Notes: generated from the sequence alone by a model not told the origin. 64,000 nucleotides of DNA from an uncultured Acidobacteriota bacterium (GCA_963733955.1 CAVTEW010000002.1:5863-69862); one strand, 5' to 3'. Counted from the stretch's first letter, positions 49,397 to 58,840 are shown. A program made the numbers and translations.

Positions 49397-50979
49397 AGAT
49401 CGTGTCCCGCGTAGGAGAGATTGAAGCTCTTGTTGCAGAGCGGAAAGTCGGAGATCTGGCCGCCCCGCAGGGCCATCGCCAGGCCGAACCAGTTGTGAAA
49501 GGACGGGTCGACGACTTGATAGCCCACGAGCCGTCCATCCGAGGATGTGGCGGCCACGTGCGCGATCTCGCCGCGCCAGCCCTCGACGATCGCGACGGCG
49601 AGACTGTCGGGGGAGAGACGGTCAACGGAGCGATCGGGCCCGACAGAGAGCGTTTCCGGCGGCAGCTCGTGGATCTGCTCTCGGAGGAAGGTCAGCGACC
49701 GCTGCGTCTCGAGCCAGCGGACGAGGGCACGCGCCATGACGTCTCCGGACTCGACGCGGGCGACCGGAATATGGGCGAACCGGTAGATGCCGAACGGGTG
49801 ATCGCGGCGCGCGTCCCGATCGCAGCCGCTGGCCCGCGAGACCGGACCGACCAGGCCGAGCGCTTGCGCGGTCTCCTGAGTGACGACGCCAGTGTGCTCG
49901 AAGCGCGAGCCGACCGACGGGGAGTCGAAGGTCGCCTGCGCCGTGTCCTTCAAATCCCTCTCGGCCGCGGCCAGACGGGGGAGAAAATCTCTTCGCTGCT
50001 CGGCAGACAGTCCGAACCGCACGCCTCCCGGCCTGAGGAGGCCTCTGCCGAAGCGGTTTCCGGAAAGGTCCAGAAGGAGGTTCAGGAACTCGCCCCGGAG
50101 GCGCCCGAACCAGGACGCGCCCGGCAGAAAGCCGATGTCGTTGCAGAGCGAACCCAGGTCTCCGGCGTGGTTGGAGAGGCGTTCGAGCTCCAGCGCGATC
50201 CCGCGCACGGCGTGGGCGTAGAGCGGTGGCTCGAGGCCGGCCAGCGATTCCACCGCCATGCAGTAGGCGAGGGCGTGGCCCACGGCGGTGTCTCCGGCGA
50301 TCGATTCCGCGACCGCCAGTCGCCGCGCGGGAGAAGATCGGAGAAGGAGCTCCTGCGCGCCGCGATGCTGGTAACCGAGCTGGATCTCGAGGTGGTGGAC
50401 GATCTCGCCCTGGCACTGAAACCGGAAGTGGCCGGGCTCGATGATGCCCGCGTGCACGGGCCCGACCGCGACCTCGTGGATCCCCGATCCTTCCACGCGA
50501 AAGAATGGATGGGGCTCGGCGCTCTTTGCGCCGTCGGTCCGGGTCTCAAGGTCCGCATGACGGCGCAAGGGCTTCAACCAGGGATGCCCGTCGGGGTGGA
50601 TCCCGTGATCCTCGGCGATCTCGCGCTCGAATGCCTGCGCCTGGGGGATCTCGGTCGAGAGGGCCGGATAGCTCCGGCTCTTGGGGACGGGCGTCTTCAG
50701 CAGGCCGAGGGTTCCTCGGGCGTCGTCCGCCAGCACCGCGAGGATTTCGTGCCTTTGCTCCGAATCTCGCTTCTCCGCCGGAAGGATGCACAGGGCAACG
50801 AGTCGACCACCCCGCGAGCAGATGTCGACGCAAGATCTCCGAAAGGAGCCAAGGGGAAACTCCGGAACGTCCACTCGCCGAATGGCCGAGCCGCTCCTGG
50901 TCCAGAGCGGCGAAACAATCGTGGGCGCCATCGCTCCCGGCGAGGCTCCTTTCTCGTTGGGCGTCTCTGCCACGGTCAT
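49393..50979 (-). CDS. NuoC+NuoD / HycE-like large subunit lacking NiFe-binding cysteines (Ehr-type)
   Basis: Clear homology (GPVHAGIIEPGHFRF, HLEIQLGYQHRG). AESIAGDTAVGHALAY replaces RxCGxCxxxH, and the C-terminus ISDFPLCNKSFNLSYAGHDL replaces DPCxxCxxR. SD GGGAGG and an ATGA overlap upstream. Confidence 0.85.
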   Translation of the reverse strand: MTVAETPNEKGASPGAMAPTIVSPLWTRSGSAIRRVDVPEFPLGSFRRSCVDICSRGGRLVALCILPAEKRDSEQRHEILAVLADDARGTLGLLKTPVPKSRSYPALSTEIPQAQAFEREIAEDHGIHPDGHPWLKPLRRHADLETRTDGAKSAEPHPFFRVEGSGIHEVAVGPVHAGIIEPGHFRFQCQGEIVHHLEIQLGYQHRGAQELLLRSSPARRLAVAESIAGDTAVGHALAYCMAVESLAGLEPPLYAHAVRGIALELERLSNHAGDLGSLCNDIGFLPGASWFGRLRGEFLNLLLDLSGNRFGRGLLRPGGVRFGLSAEQRRDFLPRLAAAERDLKDTAQATFDSPSVGSRFEHTGVVTQETAQALGLVGPVSRASGCDRDARRDHPFGIYRFAHIPVARVESGDVMARALVRWLETQRSLTFLREQIHELPPETLSVGPDRSVDRLSPDSLAVAIVEGWRGEIAHVAATSSDGRLVGYQVVDPSFHNWFGLAMALRGGQISDFPLCNKSFNLSYAGHDL

Positions 50980-52418
50980 CCTCCCAGCATGCCGGCGGCC
51001 CGGCGCAAGGCGTCCGCCAGGATTGGAGGAAGATAGATTCCCACCGCGAGCGCTCCGGCCGCGAGAGCGAGCGGCGGCAAGATCGAAAGCCGCGGCTCGC
51101 GAGACCGCGGCGCGCCTTCGTCGGGCGCTCCCTGGAGCATCGGGAGAAGAGTCCCGGCCATGCCCAGAAAGGCCACCGTCAAGAAAGCGACGAAGAGAAC
51201 GCCGATCCAGGCGTGGGGCCCTCTCAACGCCTCCTGAAAGATCAGGAACTCGCTCCAGAATGGTCCGAACGGCGGCAGGCCACCGATCGCGAGGAAGAGC
51301 GCCGCCATCAGGGCGCCGGTCGTTGGAATCCTTGCGAGCACTCCACGCGCCTCGCGAGCGGTCGTCGTCCGGAAGACTCGAAGGACGTTGCCCGCCAGGA
51401 GGAAGAGACCCGCCTTGCAAAGCGAGTGGTTCACCGAATGAAAGATCGCGCCGTACGCCGCGGTGCCCCCGAGCCCGACGCCGGCGGCCATGATTCCCAT
51501 GTTCTCGATGCTGGAATAGGCGAAGAGACGCTTGTAGTCGCTCTGGCCCACCAGGAAAGCGCACGCGACACCCATCGACACGAAGCCGAGGACAACGAGC
51601 AACGTTCGCGCGAACGCCGCGTCACCGGAAGCCAGGCAAACCTGGAAGAAACGCAGGATCGCCAGGAAGGCGCAGTTCAAGAGTGCTCCCGAGAGAAGCG
51701 CCGAGACGGGCGACGGAGCCTGACTGTGCGTGTCCGGGAGCCAGGTGTGGAGAGGCGCGAGGCCCATCTTGGTTCCGTATCCCACCAACGCGAGAATAAA
51801 GGCCGCCTTGAGCCATGGCCGCGCCATCCCGGGGGCTGCGGCTTCAAGCGTCCTGAGCATGAGACCGGCTTTCCCGCCGGAGACCGCCGACGCCGCGACC
51901 CCAAGGCAAAAAGTTCCGAGTAGCGCCAGGGCAATTCCCACCGAGCAGAGAAGCAGGTACTTCCAGGCCGCCTCGAGAGCTCCCCGCCGGCGATAGAAAT
52001 AGACGAGCGGCGCGCTGGCGAGCGTCGTTCCTTCGACGGCCGCCCACATCAGGGCAAGGTTCTGGGTGACCGACACCAGGCTCATGGCCGCCAGAAACGC
52101 AAGCAGGCAAGGCACGAATCGGTGCGGCGCCGCCTGCGTGTCGTGAGTGCCCTGAAGAATGTAGGGGACCGTGTAGACCGCGACGAGCAGGAAGAGAGCG
52201 CTGGTGATCGACAGGAAAATCAAGCCGATCACATCGAGCTGCAGGAGCGTTCCGAAGGTCTTCGACGGAGCGCCGGCCCAAAGAACCGCTGTCGCCGCGA
52301 AATGAAGCAGCGCTCCTCCCAGGAGGATGCCGAGGCCGACGCGAAGATCTTTGACCGCGAGCGCCAGGAGCCCCAGAGCGGCCGGCGCAAGAACGAGGAA
52401 AGCCAGGAGCCACGTCAT
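50976..52418 (-). CDS. Antiporter-like membrane subunit (NuoN/HyfF/MrpD family)
   Basis: GYGTKMGLAPLHTWLPDTHSQAPSPVSALLSG and LFAYSSIENMG are typical of proton-conducting subunits. Confidence 0.88.
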   Translation of the reverse strand: MTWLLAFLVLAPAALGLLALAVKDLRVGLGILLGGALLHFAATAVLWAGAPSKTFGTLLQLDVIGLIFLSITSALFLLVAVYTVPYILQGTHDTQAAPHRFVPCLLAFLAAMSLVSVTQNLALMWAAVEGTTLASAPLVYFYRRRGALEAAWKYLLLCSVGIALALLGTFCLGVAASAVSGGKAGLMLRTLEAAAPGMARPWLKAAFILALVGYGTKMGLAPLHTWLPDTHSQAPSPVSALLSGALLNCAFLAILRFFQVCLASGDAAFARTLLVVLGFVSMGVACAFLVGQSDYKRLFAYSSIENMGIMAAGVGLGGTAAYGAIFHSVNHSLCKAGLFLLAGNVLRVFRTTTAREARGVLARIPTTGALMAALFLAIGGLPPFGPFWSEFLIFQEALRGPHAWIGVLFVAFLTVAFLGMAGTLLPMLQGAPDEGAPRSREPRLSILPPLALAAGALAVGIYLPPILADALRRAAGMLGG

Positions 52419-52423
52419 CCCCG

Positions 52424-53077
52424 TCAGCCCCTGAGAGTCGAGAGCAGTTCGGTGTCGATATGCTCGAACTCGCGGCTGATGTGATTGATCGCGATCCCCA
52501 TCACGAAGACGCCCACGAGCAAGTCCAGAAGGATCCCCAGCTCGACCGCAAACGGGACCTGCTCGACCAGTGTCTGGCCGAATATGAAGATGCCGTTTTC
52601 CAGCATCAGGTAACCCACGACCTGAGTGACCGCCTTCCGACGGCTGACGAGGACCAGGAATCCCACGAGCACCGTCGCGAAGGCCATGGGAACGAGCAGG
52701 GGCGTCGGCGCAGGCCTGGGCAGAACGAGAACCGTGCCGAGCCAGAACGAGAACCCCACCAGCGCTGCCGCGATGAGGAGGGAGAAGTGCAGGCTGATGA
52801 AAGGCTCGGCCTCGCGGCGCACATTGGCCTCGCGAATCGCACGGGAAAGCAAGAGCGGAATGACGATGGCCTTGACGGCCAGCGCTCCCAGGCTCATCAA
52901 CGCGACGGGTACCAGATGCCGGTCGAGCGACGGGCCCCAGAGCGCGAGAGGCAAGAGCGAGAGCGCCACGCCCTGCAGCGCCGAGGCCCGCACACAGCTC
53001 GTCAGGCGGCTGGTGGCGACGATGGAGACGGAAAGCGTGGTCACGACCAGGAGCAGAAGATCCGCGTAACCGCTCAT
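52424..53077 (-). CDS. HyfE-like small membrane subunit
   Basis: 217-aa polytopic protein with GYLMLENGIFIFG, characteristic of HyfE/EhrC-type subunits. ATGA overlap with the upstream gene. Confidence 0.75.
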   Translation of the reverse strand: MSGYADLLLLVVTTLSVSIVATSRLTSCVRASALQGVALSLLPLALWGPSLDRHLVPVALMSLGALAVKAIVIPLLLSRAIREANVRREAEPFISLHFSLLIAAALVGFSFWLGTVLVLPRPAPTPLLVPMAFATVLVGFLVLVSRRKAVTQVVGYLMLENGIFIFGQTLVEQVPFAVELGILLDLLVGVFVMGIAINHISREFEHIDTELLSTLRG

Positions 53078-53997
53078 GGCGCGCCCCGGTAGAAGAGAGC
53101 GGCCAGGCCGATGGCGGCGAGCACGGCCGCCCCGACCAGGAACTGGGGCACTCGAGGAAGCCGCAGCCGAGCCACCACCGACTCGACCACGCCCACGAGC
53201 ACCGCCAGTGCGATCTCGCCGACGCAGAGCAAGGCGGCGCCCTGCCATCCGCCCCCAGCAGGGATCGGCAAGAGAATATGGGTGAGCAGCGCTCCGATCA
53301 CGAAGAGCTTGACGGCGCTGCCGTAAGACACGAACGCGAGATCCGGGCCCCCGTGATCGAGCACCATGACCTCGTGGACCATCGTCAGCTCGAGGTGGGT
53401 GTTGGGGTCGTCCACGGGGATGCGGGAATTTTCCGCAAGGAGGACGGCGAACAGCGAGAGCGCCGCGGCCAGATAGGTCGGATGCTCGAATCCCCATGTC
53501 GCCCACGGCAGCTGCCGGAACGCATCCCCGAAGGTCGCGCTCCGGGCGGGGACGCAGAGGATCGCGACCGAGAGAAAGAGAGCCGGCTCCGCCAGGGCCG
53601 CAAAAGCGGCTTCGCGACTGGCTCCCATTCCTTCGAAGCTCGAACCGGTGTCGAGGGCGGCGGCCATGGTGAAGAACCGACCGAGGCCGAGCAGATAGGC
53701 AAAGAGGACGACGTCTCCGGGAAAGCCGAGAGGCGAAGCGTTGGCCGCTAGAGGCAGCACGAGACCGGCGCACAGCACGGCGGCGAGTGAGACGATCGGT
53801 CCGGCACGAAAAATCCAGGTCGCGGTGCGGCTGTAGACGGCGCCTTTCCGAAGCAATTTCCAGAGATCGCGATAGGGCTGGAGAAGGGGCGGGCCAAGCC
53901 TTCCCGCGAACCAGGCCTTCGTCTTGTTGATCATGCCCGGGAGCAGCGGCGGCACGAGCAGAAGAAGTGCCAGGTGAATCCCGAGGTCCAACATCAT
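53074..53997 (-). CDS. NuoH/HycD-like membrane subunit
   Basis: INKTKAWFAGRLGPPLLQPYRDLWKLLRK.. and ENSRIPVDDPNTHLELTMVHE, typical of HycD/HyfC. Confidence 0.85.
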   Translation of the reverse strand: MMLDLGIHLALLLLVPPLLPGMINKTKAWFAGRLGPPLLQPYRDLWKLLRKGAVYSRTATWIFRAGPIVSLAAVLCAGLVLPLAANASPLGFPGDVVLFAYLLGLGRFFTMAAALDTGSSFEGMGASREAAFAALAEPALFLSVAILCVPARSATFGDAFRQLPWATWGFEHPTYLAAALSLFAVLLAENSRIPVDDPNTHLELTMVHEVMVLDHGGPDLAFVSYGSAVKLFVIGALLTHILLPIPAGGGWQGAALLCVGEIALAVLVGVVESVVARLRLPRVPQFLVGAAVLAAIGLAALFYRGAP

Positions 53998-53998
53998 G

Positions 53999-55987
53999 TC
54001 ACTGTCCCATTCCCGTGAGCTGCCAGACCAGGAGCGCGACGAGGGTCACCGCGATGTAGACGAGATAGAGCTGGAGGCGGCCCTGCTGGATCGCATGGAG
54101 CCGGGAAAGCGCCCGAACCACGCGCCGGACCGCGGGCAAGAGAATCCGCTCGCCGGCCATGTCGCCCAGGTGTTCTTCATAGTGGGCCGCGCCTGGAAAA
54201 TATCCATCGGGGCCCTGTTGGTCGACGCGCGTGGAAATCACCGGCGTGAACAGCGCGAGAATCGGCTGTGCGAAGGAGGCTGCAGTGTACTGCATTCGAG
54301 AGGTTCCCGCCGCGTAGCCGCAGCCCCAGGTCGCCCCCCGCGACACCGAACGGCCGCGAAGGAGGGCCAGGCGGACCAGTCCGAGCAGCAGAACGAGAAC
54401 GAGGAGCACGACGCTCACTCGCGTGATTGCGGAAAGCGCTGCGGCGTTGGGAAACGCGTCCGCCTTCTTTCCGAGAAACGCAGCCGTCGGCGCCACGACC
54501 CGCATCGCTCCCGCCGGCCAGAGTCCAATCGCGAAGCACAGGAGCGCCCCCAAAAGCATCGGCGCTCGCATCAGGGGCCCGGCTTCGTGGGCCTTCGAAG
54601 CGGCCTCCGTGCGGGGCTGACCCAGGAAAACGACGCCGAACGCCTTCACGAAGCACGTCGCGGCCAACCCCCCGACGAGCGCCAGCGCCGGAACCACGGC
54701 GAGCGCCCAAACAGCCCATGTGGTTGGGAAGAAGGCGCCGCCCCGGAACGCGCCGATGTAGATCAGCCACTCACTGACGAAGCCATTGAGAGGCGGCAGA
54801 CCGCAGATGGCGACGGAACCGACGAGAAACGTCGCGGCTGTCGTTGGCATGCGGCGGGAGAGGCCTCCGAGTTTGTCGATGTCCCGCGTACCGGTGCCGT
54901 GAGCGACGCTGCCGGCTCCCTGAAAAAGAAGACCCTTGAAGAGCCCGTGATTGAGAACATGGAGCAGAGCTCCCGCGAAGCCCAGGAAGGCGACGGAAGG
55001 GTTTCCCTGGCTCTGCCCCAGAAGACCAAGGCCAATTCCCAGCGCAATGATTCCGATGTTCTCGACGCTGTGGTAGGCCAGGAGACGCTTGAGGTCGTGC
55101 TGAGCCAGGGCATGGAGCACGCCGGCCACCCCGGAAACGGCTCCGATGGCGATCAGGAGAGCGCCCCACCACACCGGCGGCGGCCCGAGGAACGAAAGAA
55201 TTCGGAGCAGCCCGTAGATCCCCATCTTGATCATCACGCCCGACATCACGGCGGAGACGTGACTCGGCGCGGCCGGGTGCGCGTCGGGGAGCCAGATGTG
55301 CATCGGCCAGAAGCCGGCCTTGGTCCCGAAACCGACGACGGCGAGCAGGAACGCAACACCCGCGAGCGCCGGAGTCGTGGCGCCGGCCGCCGCCAGAGCG
55401 TCGAAATCGTAGGTGCCCGACTCCTTGCCCAGAACGGCGATCAGGACGAACAGGAAGACGACGCCGAGCTGGGAGGCGATCAGGTACGTCATCCCGGCCC
55501 GGCGAACCTCCTCGCGCTCGCTCTCGAAAGTCACAAGGAAGAACGAAGCCAGCGTCATGATCTCCCAGGCCAGGAGAAAGAGAATGCCGTCCCGAGCGAT
55601 CGCCACCACGGCCATGGCGGCGACGAGCAGGTTGAAGAAGAAAACGGCCGGCGCCAGGCGCCGCTTCCCGAGGTCGGCACGCAGGTATCCTCCCCCGTAA
55701 ATCGCCGAGAGGCCCGACACCAGGAAGACGCAGACCAGGAAGAACGAGGAGAGCGGGTCGAGCGCGACGTGGAGCTCTCCCACCGGCAGCGGCCAGGCCG
55801 CGCGCAGCCCGCTCCGCGAGCCTGAGATCAGCGCGGAAAAGGCCGCCGAAAGACCCGTGGCGCAAGCGAGCCCGGCTCCGACCGTGCCGATCCACAGCGC
55901 GGCTCGGTTGGAACGGCCCGACAGGGCCGCGGCGAGGGCGCTGGCGCACAGGAGAGCGATCGAAAGCAGGACGATCTCGAGCTGCAC
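53999..55987 (-). CDS. NuoL/HycC/HyfB-like antiporter-type membrane subunit
   Basis: GFGTKAGFWPMHIWLPDAHPAAPSHVSAVMSGVMIKMG and LLAYHSVENIG. GTG 55987 is chosen as the start because the longer ORF overlaps the upstream regulator. Confidence 0.85.
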   Translation of the reverse strand: MQLEIVLLSIALLCASALAAALSGRSNRAALWIGTVGAGLACATGLSAAFSALISGSRSGLRAAWPLPVGELHVALDPLSSFFLVCVFLVSGLSAIYGGGYLRADLGKRRLAPAVFFFNLLVAAMAVVAIARDGILFLLAWEIMTLASFFLVTFESEREEVRRAGMTYLIASQLGVVFLFVLIAVLGKESGTYDFDALAAAGATTPALAGVAFLLAVVGFGTKAGFWPMHIWLPDAHPAAPSHVSAVMSGVMIKMGIYGLLRILSFLGPPPVWWGALLIAIGAVSGVAGVLHALAQHDLKRLLAYHSVENIGIIALGIGLGLLGQSQGNPSVAFLGFAGALLHVLNHGLFKGLLFQGAGSVAHGTGTRDIDKLGGLSRRMPTTAATFLVGSVAICGLPPLNGFVSEWLIYIGAFRGGAFFPTTWAVWALAVVPALALVGGLAATCFVKAFGVVFLGQPRTEAASKAHEAGPLMRAPMLLGALLCFAIGLWPAGAMRVVAPTAAFLGKKADAFPNAAALSAITRVSVVLLVLVLLLGLVRLALLRGRSVSRGATWGCGYAAGTSRMQYTAASFAQPILALFTPVISTRVDQQGPDGYFPGAAHYEEHLGDMAGERILLPAVRRVVRALSRLHAIQQGRLQLYLVYIAVTLVALLVWQLTGMGQ

Positions 55988-55992
55988 CGGAC

Positions 55993-56685
55993 TTACTCGG
56001 AGCGCGCCGCGGCGGCGCGGGCCTCTTCTTCGATGGCGCGGAGACGGTCCAGGATCTCTTCCCGCGGCGCGGTTCTCTCCAGGAGGCTCTGGAGCGCGTC
56101 GTCGTGCAAGGCGAAGGCGAGGCGGGCGAACATCTGGAGGTGGACCCGCACCGACGGCGACAGCAGCACGAACAGGACGCGCACGGGCCGGCCGTCCAGG
56201 GCATGAAAATCGATCGGCCGGCGGAGGAAACAAACCAGGACCACAGGCTCATCGGTGTGAACCACGACGGGATCGCGCGGGTGCGGAATCGCGATGCCGT
56301 TGCCGATGCCGGTCGACGCGAGCGCCTCCCGCGCGGCCAGGAGCTGGTGGAGGAGCTGCCGGTCGACGCGCGGCGGGATCCCCGGCAACCGGGAAACCGC
56401 CTGCAGAACGTCCTCGCGCCGCTCGCCCGGGATGTCGTAGAAGATGCCGCCCCGGCCGATCGCCGCGGAAAGGCTCGAGACCTCTTCGGACGCGCCGTTG
56501 CCGGCGAGCAGCTCGGGCGAGACCCGATGCTCGTGCAGCGCGGCCCACTCCTGCAGCTCGACGCGGTGGAACATGTACTGGTCATGAATCCGGTGAGCCG
56601 GCAGGGAGCCGCTGCGGATCCAGCGGTAGATGGTCTGCTCCGAAACGTTGAGCAGGCGAGCGACGTCTCGAACTCTCAGTTCCAT
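55993..56685 (-). CDS. HTH (excisionase/MerR-like) + PTS EIIA(Ntr/Fru)-type domain regulator
   Basis: MELRVRDVARLLNVSEQTIYRWIRSGSLPAHRI, and an EIIA-2 core with the TGIGNGIAIPH histidine loop. Confidence 0.8.
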   Translation of the reverse strand: MELRVRDVARLLNVSEQTIYRWIRSGSLPAHRIHDQYMFHRVELQEWAALHEHRVSPELLAGNGASEEVSSLSAAIGRGGIFYDIPGERREDVLQAVSRLPGIPPRVDRQLLHQLLAAREALASTGIGNGIAIPHPRDPVVVHTDEPVVLVCFLRRPIDFHALDGRPVRVLFVLLSPSVRVHLQMFARLAFALHDDALQSLLERTAPREEILDRLRAIEEEARAAAARSE

Positions 56686-56734
56686 CGGCGCAAGCTCCTC
56701 GCGAGTCTCGAAAGTGGGACGGCCATGACCCTGG

Positions 56735-57475
56735 CTAGCGCTTGGCCGGCTTGGTCCCGGCGGCTGTCCGGGGCCCATCGTCCAAGGCGACCTTGCGCTC
56801 CGTCGCGGCAACGGCCCGAAAGATCGACTGGGCGTCGGACGCGTCGAGGACGGCCCGGACGGCCTCCGCGCGCGCGAACATGTGCGCGAGCTTGTTGAGC
56901 CACGGAAGGTAGAGCTCCTCGAACTTGAGGCCGAGCGCGAAGAAGAGATGGGTCGGCCCGCCGTCCAGAGCGTCGAAGTCCACTCCCGGCCGCGAGCGGC
57001 CGAGGAGCATGAACGGACGGGAGACCTGCTCGGGATTTCGGCGCAGGGTGTGGAGAAAGGCGACGCCGTTGCCCATGGCGCTGGGCATCACATTCTCGCG
57101 CTCGATCAACGCCCCGACGAACCAGGTCTTGTCCCGCACGAGGCCTAATCGGGCGGCCAGACCCGCGAGCTCCTCGATGACCGTGTTCTTCGTCGCGGCT
57201 TCCAGATCGGGCACGATGTGGTCCGGCTGAAAGCAGGTGGCCAGCGCGAGCATGCGCCGTGGGGAGCCTTCCAGGCGCGGCGCGTCCACGTACCGCGGCA
57301 TCACGCCGAGCATCTGGTCGTCGAGCCACGTGTCGATCATGGCCTTCCGAAAGCGCCACTGGTTCCCCACCTTGACTCCGGGGAGGGCGCCGTCCGAGAC
57401 GAGCTTGGCCACGGTCCGGTCGTTCACGCTCAGGTACTCCGCCAGCTGCTTGATCGTCATCAAACGATCTTCCAT
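56735..57475 (-). CDS. HTH (excisionase/MerR-like) + PTS EIIA-type domain regulator (paralogue)
   Basis: LMTIKQLAEYLSVNDRTVAKLVSDGALPGVKVGNQWRF, and EIIA-like SAMGNGVAFLH. SD GGAGAA lies 9 nt before the ATG. Confidence 0.8.
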   Translation of the reverse strand: MEDRLMTIKQLAEYLSVNDRTVAKLVSDGALPGVKVGNQWRFRKAMIDTWLDDQMLGVMPRYVDAPRLEGSPRRMLALATCFQPDHIVPDLEAATKNTVIEELAGLAARLGLVRDKTWFVGALIERENVMPSAMGNGVAFLHTLRRNPEQVSRPFMLLGRSRPGVDFDALDGGPTHLFFALGLKFEELYLPWLNKLAHMFARAEAVRAVLDASDAQSIFRAVAATERKVALDDGPRTAAGTKPAKR

Positions 57476-57528
57476 CGCGCTTTTCTCCGGTGTTTTGGGG
57501 ATCAGCCAGTCAGTTTTCCGGGCGCGCC

Positions 57529-57558
57529 ACTGTAGGGTAGAAATACGTCTGTTGTCAA
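57529..57558 (-). promoter_or_regulatory. Sigma70-like promoter TTGACA-N18-TACAGT
   Basis: Read on the minus strand in an AT-richer patch. The -10 lies about 55 nt upstream of the HTH-EIIA start codon. Confidence 0.4.
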
Positions 57559-57627
57559 CGAAAGGCGTTATTTGACTCAAAACAACCTCAAAATGCGCCG
57601 GACGCGGATCTTTCCAGCCCTGTTCTT

Positions 57628-58740
57628 CTAGGACTGGAGAATCATTCTTGCGTCACGAGCGACGGCGAGCTCCTCGCGCGTCCGGATGACCAGAATCCTC
57701 GCGCGGGCGGATGGCGCGGCCACGTCGGCGTCGGGGACGCACGCGGCGTTGGCGGCGGAGTCCAGGGACGCGCCCAGGAACCCGAGGGTCTCGCAGACCG
57801 CTTCGCGCAGCGAGGCGGAATGCTCGCCGACTCCGGCCGTGAAAACGAGTGCGTCGAGTCCGCCCAGGCCGGCCGCGAGCGCGCCGATCGCGCTCCGCAC
57901 GCGGTCGGCGTAGATCGCCAGGGCCAGCCGGGCCCGTTCATGACCTCCGGCGGCCGCCTTCTCGACGTCCCGATAATCCCAAGAGAGTCCCGAAACGCCC
58001 AGGAGCCCCGACCGGTGGTTGAGCAGGTCGTCCAGCGTCTCCGGGGAGAGCCCGCGCCGGCGCGCGGCCCACAGCAGAATTCCCGGATCGAGCGATCCCG
58101 ACCGCCGCCCCATCATCAGGCCCTCCATGGGCGTGAAGCCCATCGTGGTCGCGACGGGAGATCCGTCCAGGACGGCCGCCGCCGAGCAGCCGTTGCCGAG
58201 GTGGCAGACCACCAGGCGCCGGGGCCGCGCCGGCAGGATCTGCGCGGCGCGCCCGGCGCAATAGGAGTGGCTCAACCCGTGGAAGCCGAACCGGCGGATT
58301 CCCCAGTCGGCCGTCCATTCCCAGGGCACCGGGTAGACGCGCGCGCGGGCGGGAAGGGCGGCGAAGAAGGCGGTGTCGAAGGCGGCGAACTGCGGAATTT
58401 CCGGCAGCGCCTCCCCGACCGCCTCGATGACCGCCAGCGCCGGCGGATTGTGGAGCGGGGCGAGCTCGGAAAGGGCCCGGAGGGACGCCAGGACGGTTTC
58501 GCCGATCCGCACGGTCTGCCCGAACGCGTCCCCCCCATGGACGACGCGGTGGCCGACGGCACGGATCGAGTTTGACCCGGCTGCTGGAGCGACGGAGCGG
58601 AGAACCCGCTGCGCCGCCGCCCGGTGGCCGTCCGGCTCGGGAGACACGTCTTCGGCGCCCGAAGAGATCTCGTCGCGCGCCTCGTCGTCGAAGAGGGCGT
58701 GCTTCAGCGTGCTCGAGCCGGCGTTGAAGACGAGGATCAT
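57628..58740 (-). CDS. ackA: Acetate kinase
   Basis: MILVFNAGSSTLKHALF, HRVVHGG, GFHGLSH and FTAGVGEHS. Confidence 0.92.
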   Translation of the reverse strand: MILVFNAGSSTLKHALFDDEARDEISSGAEDVSPEPDGHRAAAQRVLRSVAPAAGSNSIRAVGHRVVHGGDAFGQTVRIGETVLASLRALSELAPLHNPPALAVIEAVGEALPEIPQFAAFDTAFFAALPARARVYPVPWEWTADWGIRRFGFHGLSHSYCAGRAAQILPARPRRLVVCHLGNGCSAAAVLDGSPVATTMGFTPMEGLMMGRRSGSLDPGILLWAARRRGLSPETLDDLLNHRSGLLGVSGLSWDYRDVEKAAAGGHERARLALAIYADRVRSAIGALAAGLGGLDALVFTAGVGEHSASLREAVCETLGFLGASLDSAANAACVPDADVAAPSARARILVIRTREELAVARDARMILQS

Positions 58741-58745
58741 GGCGG

Positions 58746-58808
58746 GGCGTGAGGCGTGAGGCGGGAGGCGTGAGGCGTGTGGCGAGAGGCGTGAGGCGTG
58801 AGGCGGAA
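58746..58808. repeat. Nine tandem heptamers GGCGTGA (variants GGCGGGA, GGCGTGT, GGCGAGA, GGCGGAA) abutting the ackA start codon
   Basis: Read directly from the sequence. On the coding (minus) strand they read TCACGCC x9 and end 5 nt before the ackA ATG. Confidence 0.8.
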
Positions 58809-58840
58809 CGCCAAAGGTTTCATGGACCGGGTCTCGGCTT

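Noticed and set aside
48596-55987. Calling the cluster formate hydrogenlyase or hydrogenase-4 (hyc/hyf).
   Set aside because: The large subunit lacks both Cys pairs needed for the NiFe site. No fdhF, hyp genes or maturation protease are present. It is therefore reported as an Ehr-type complex of unknown activity.
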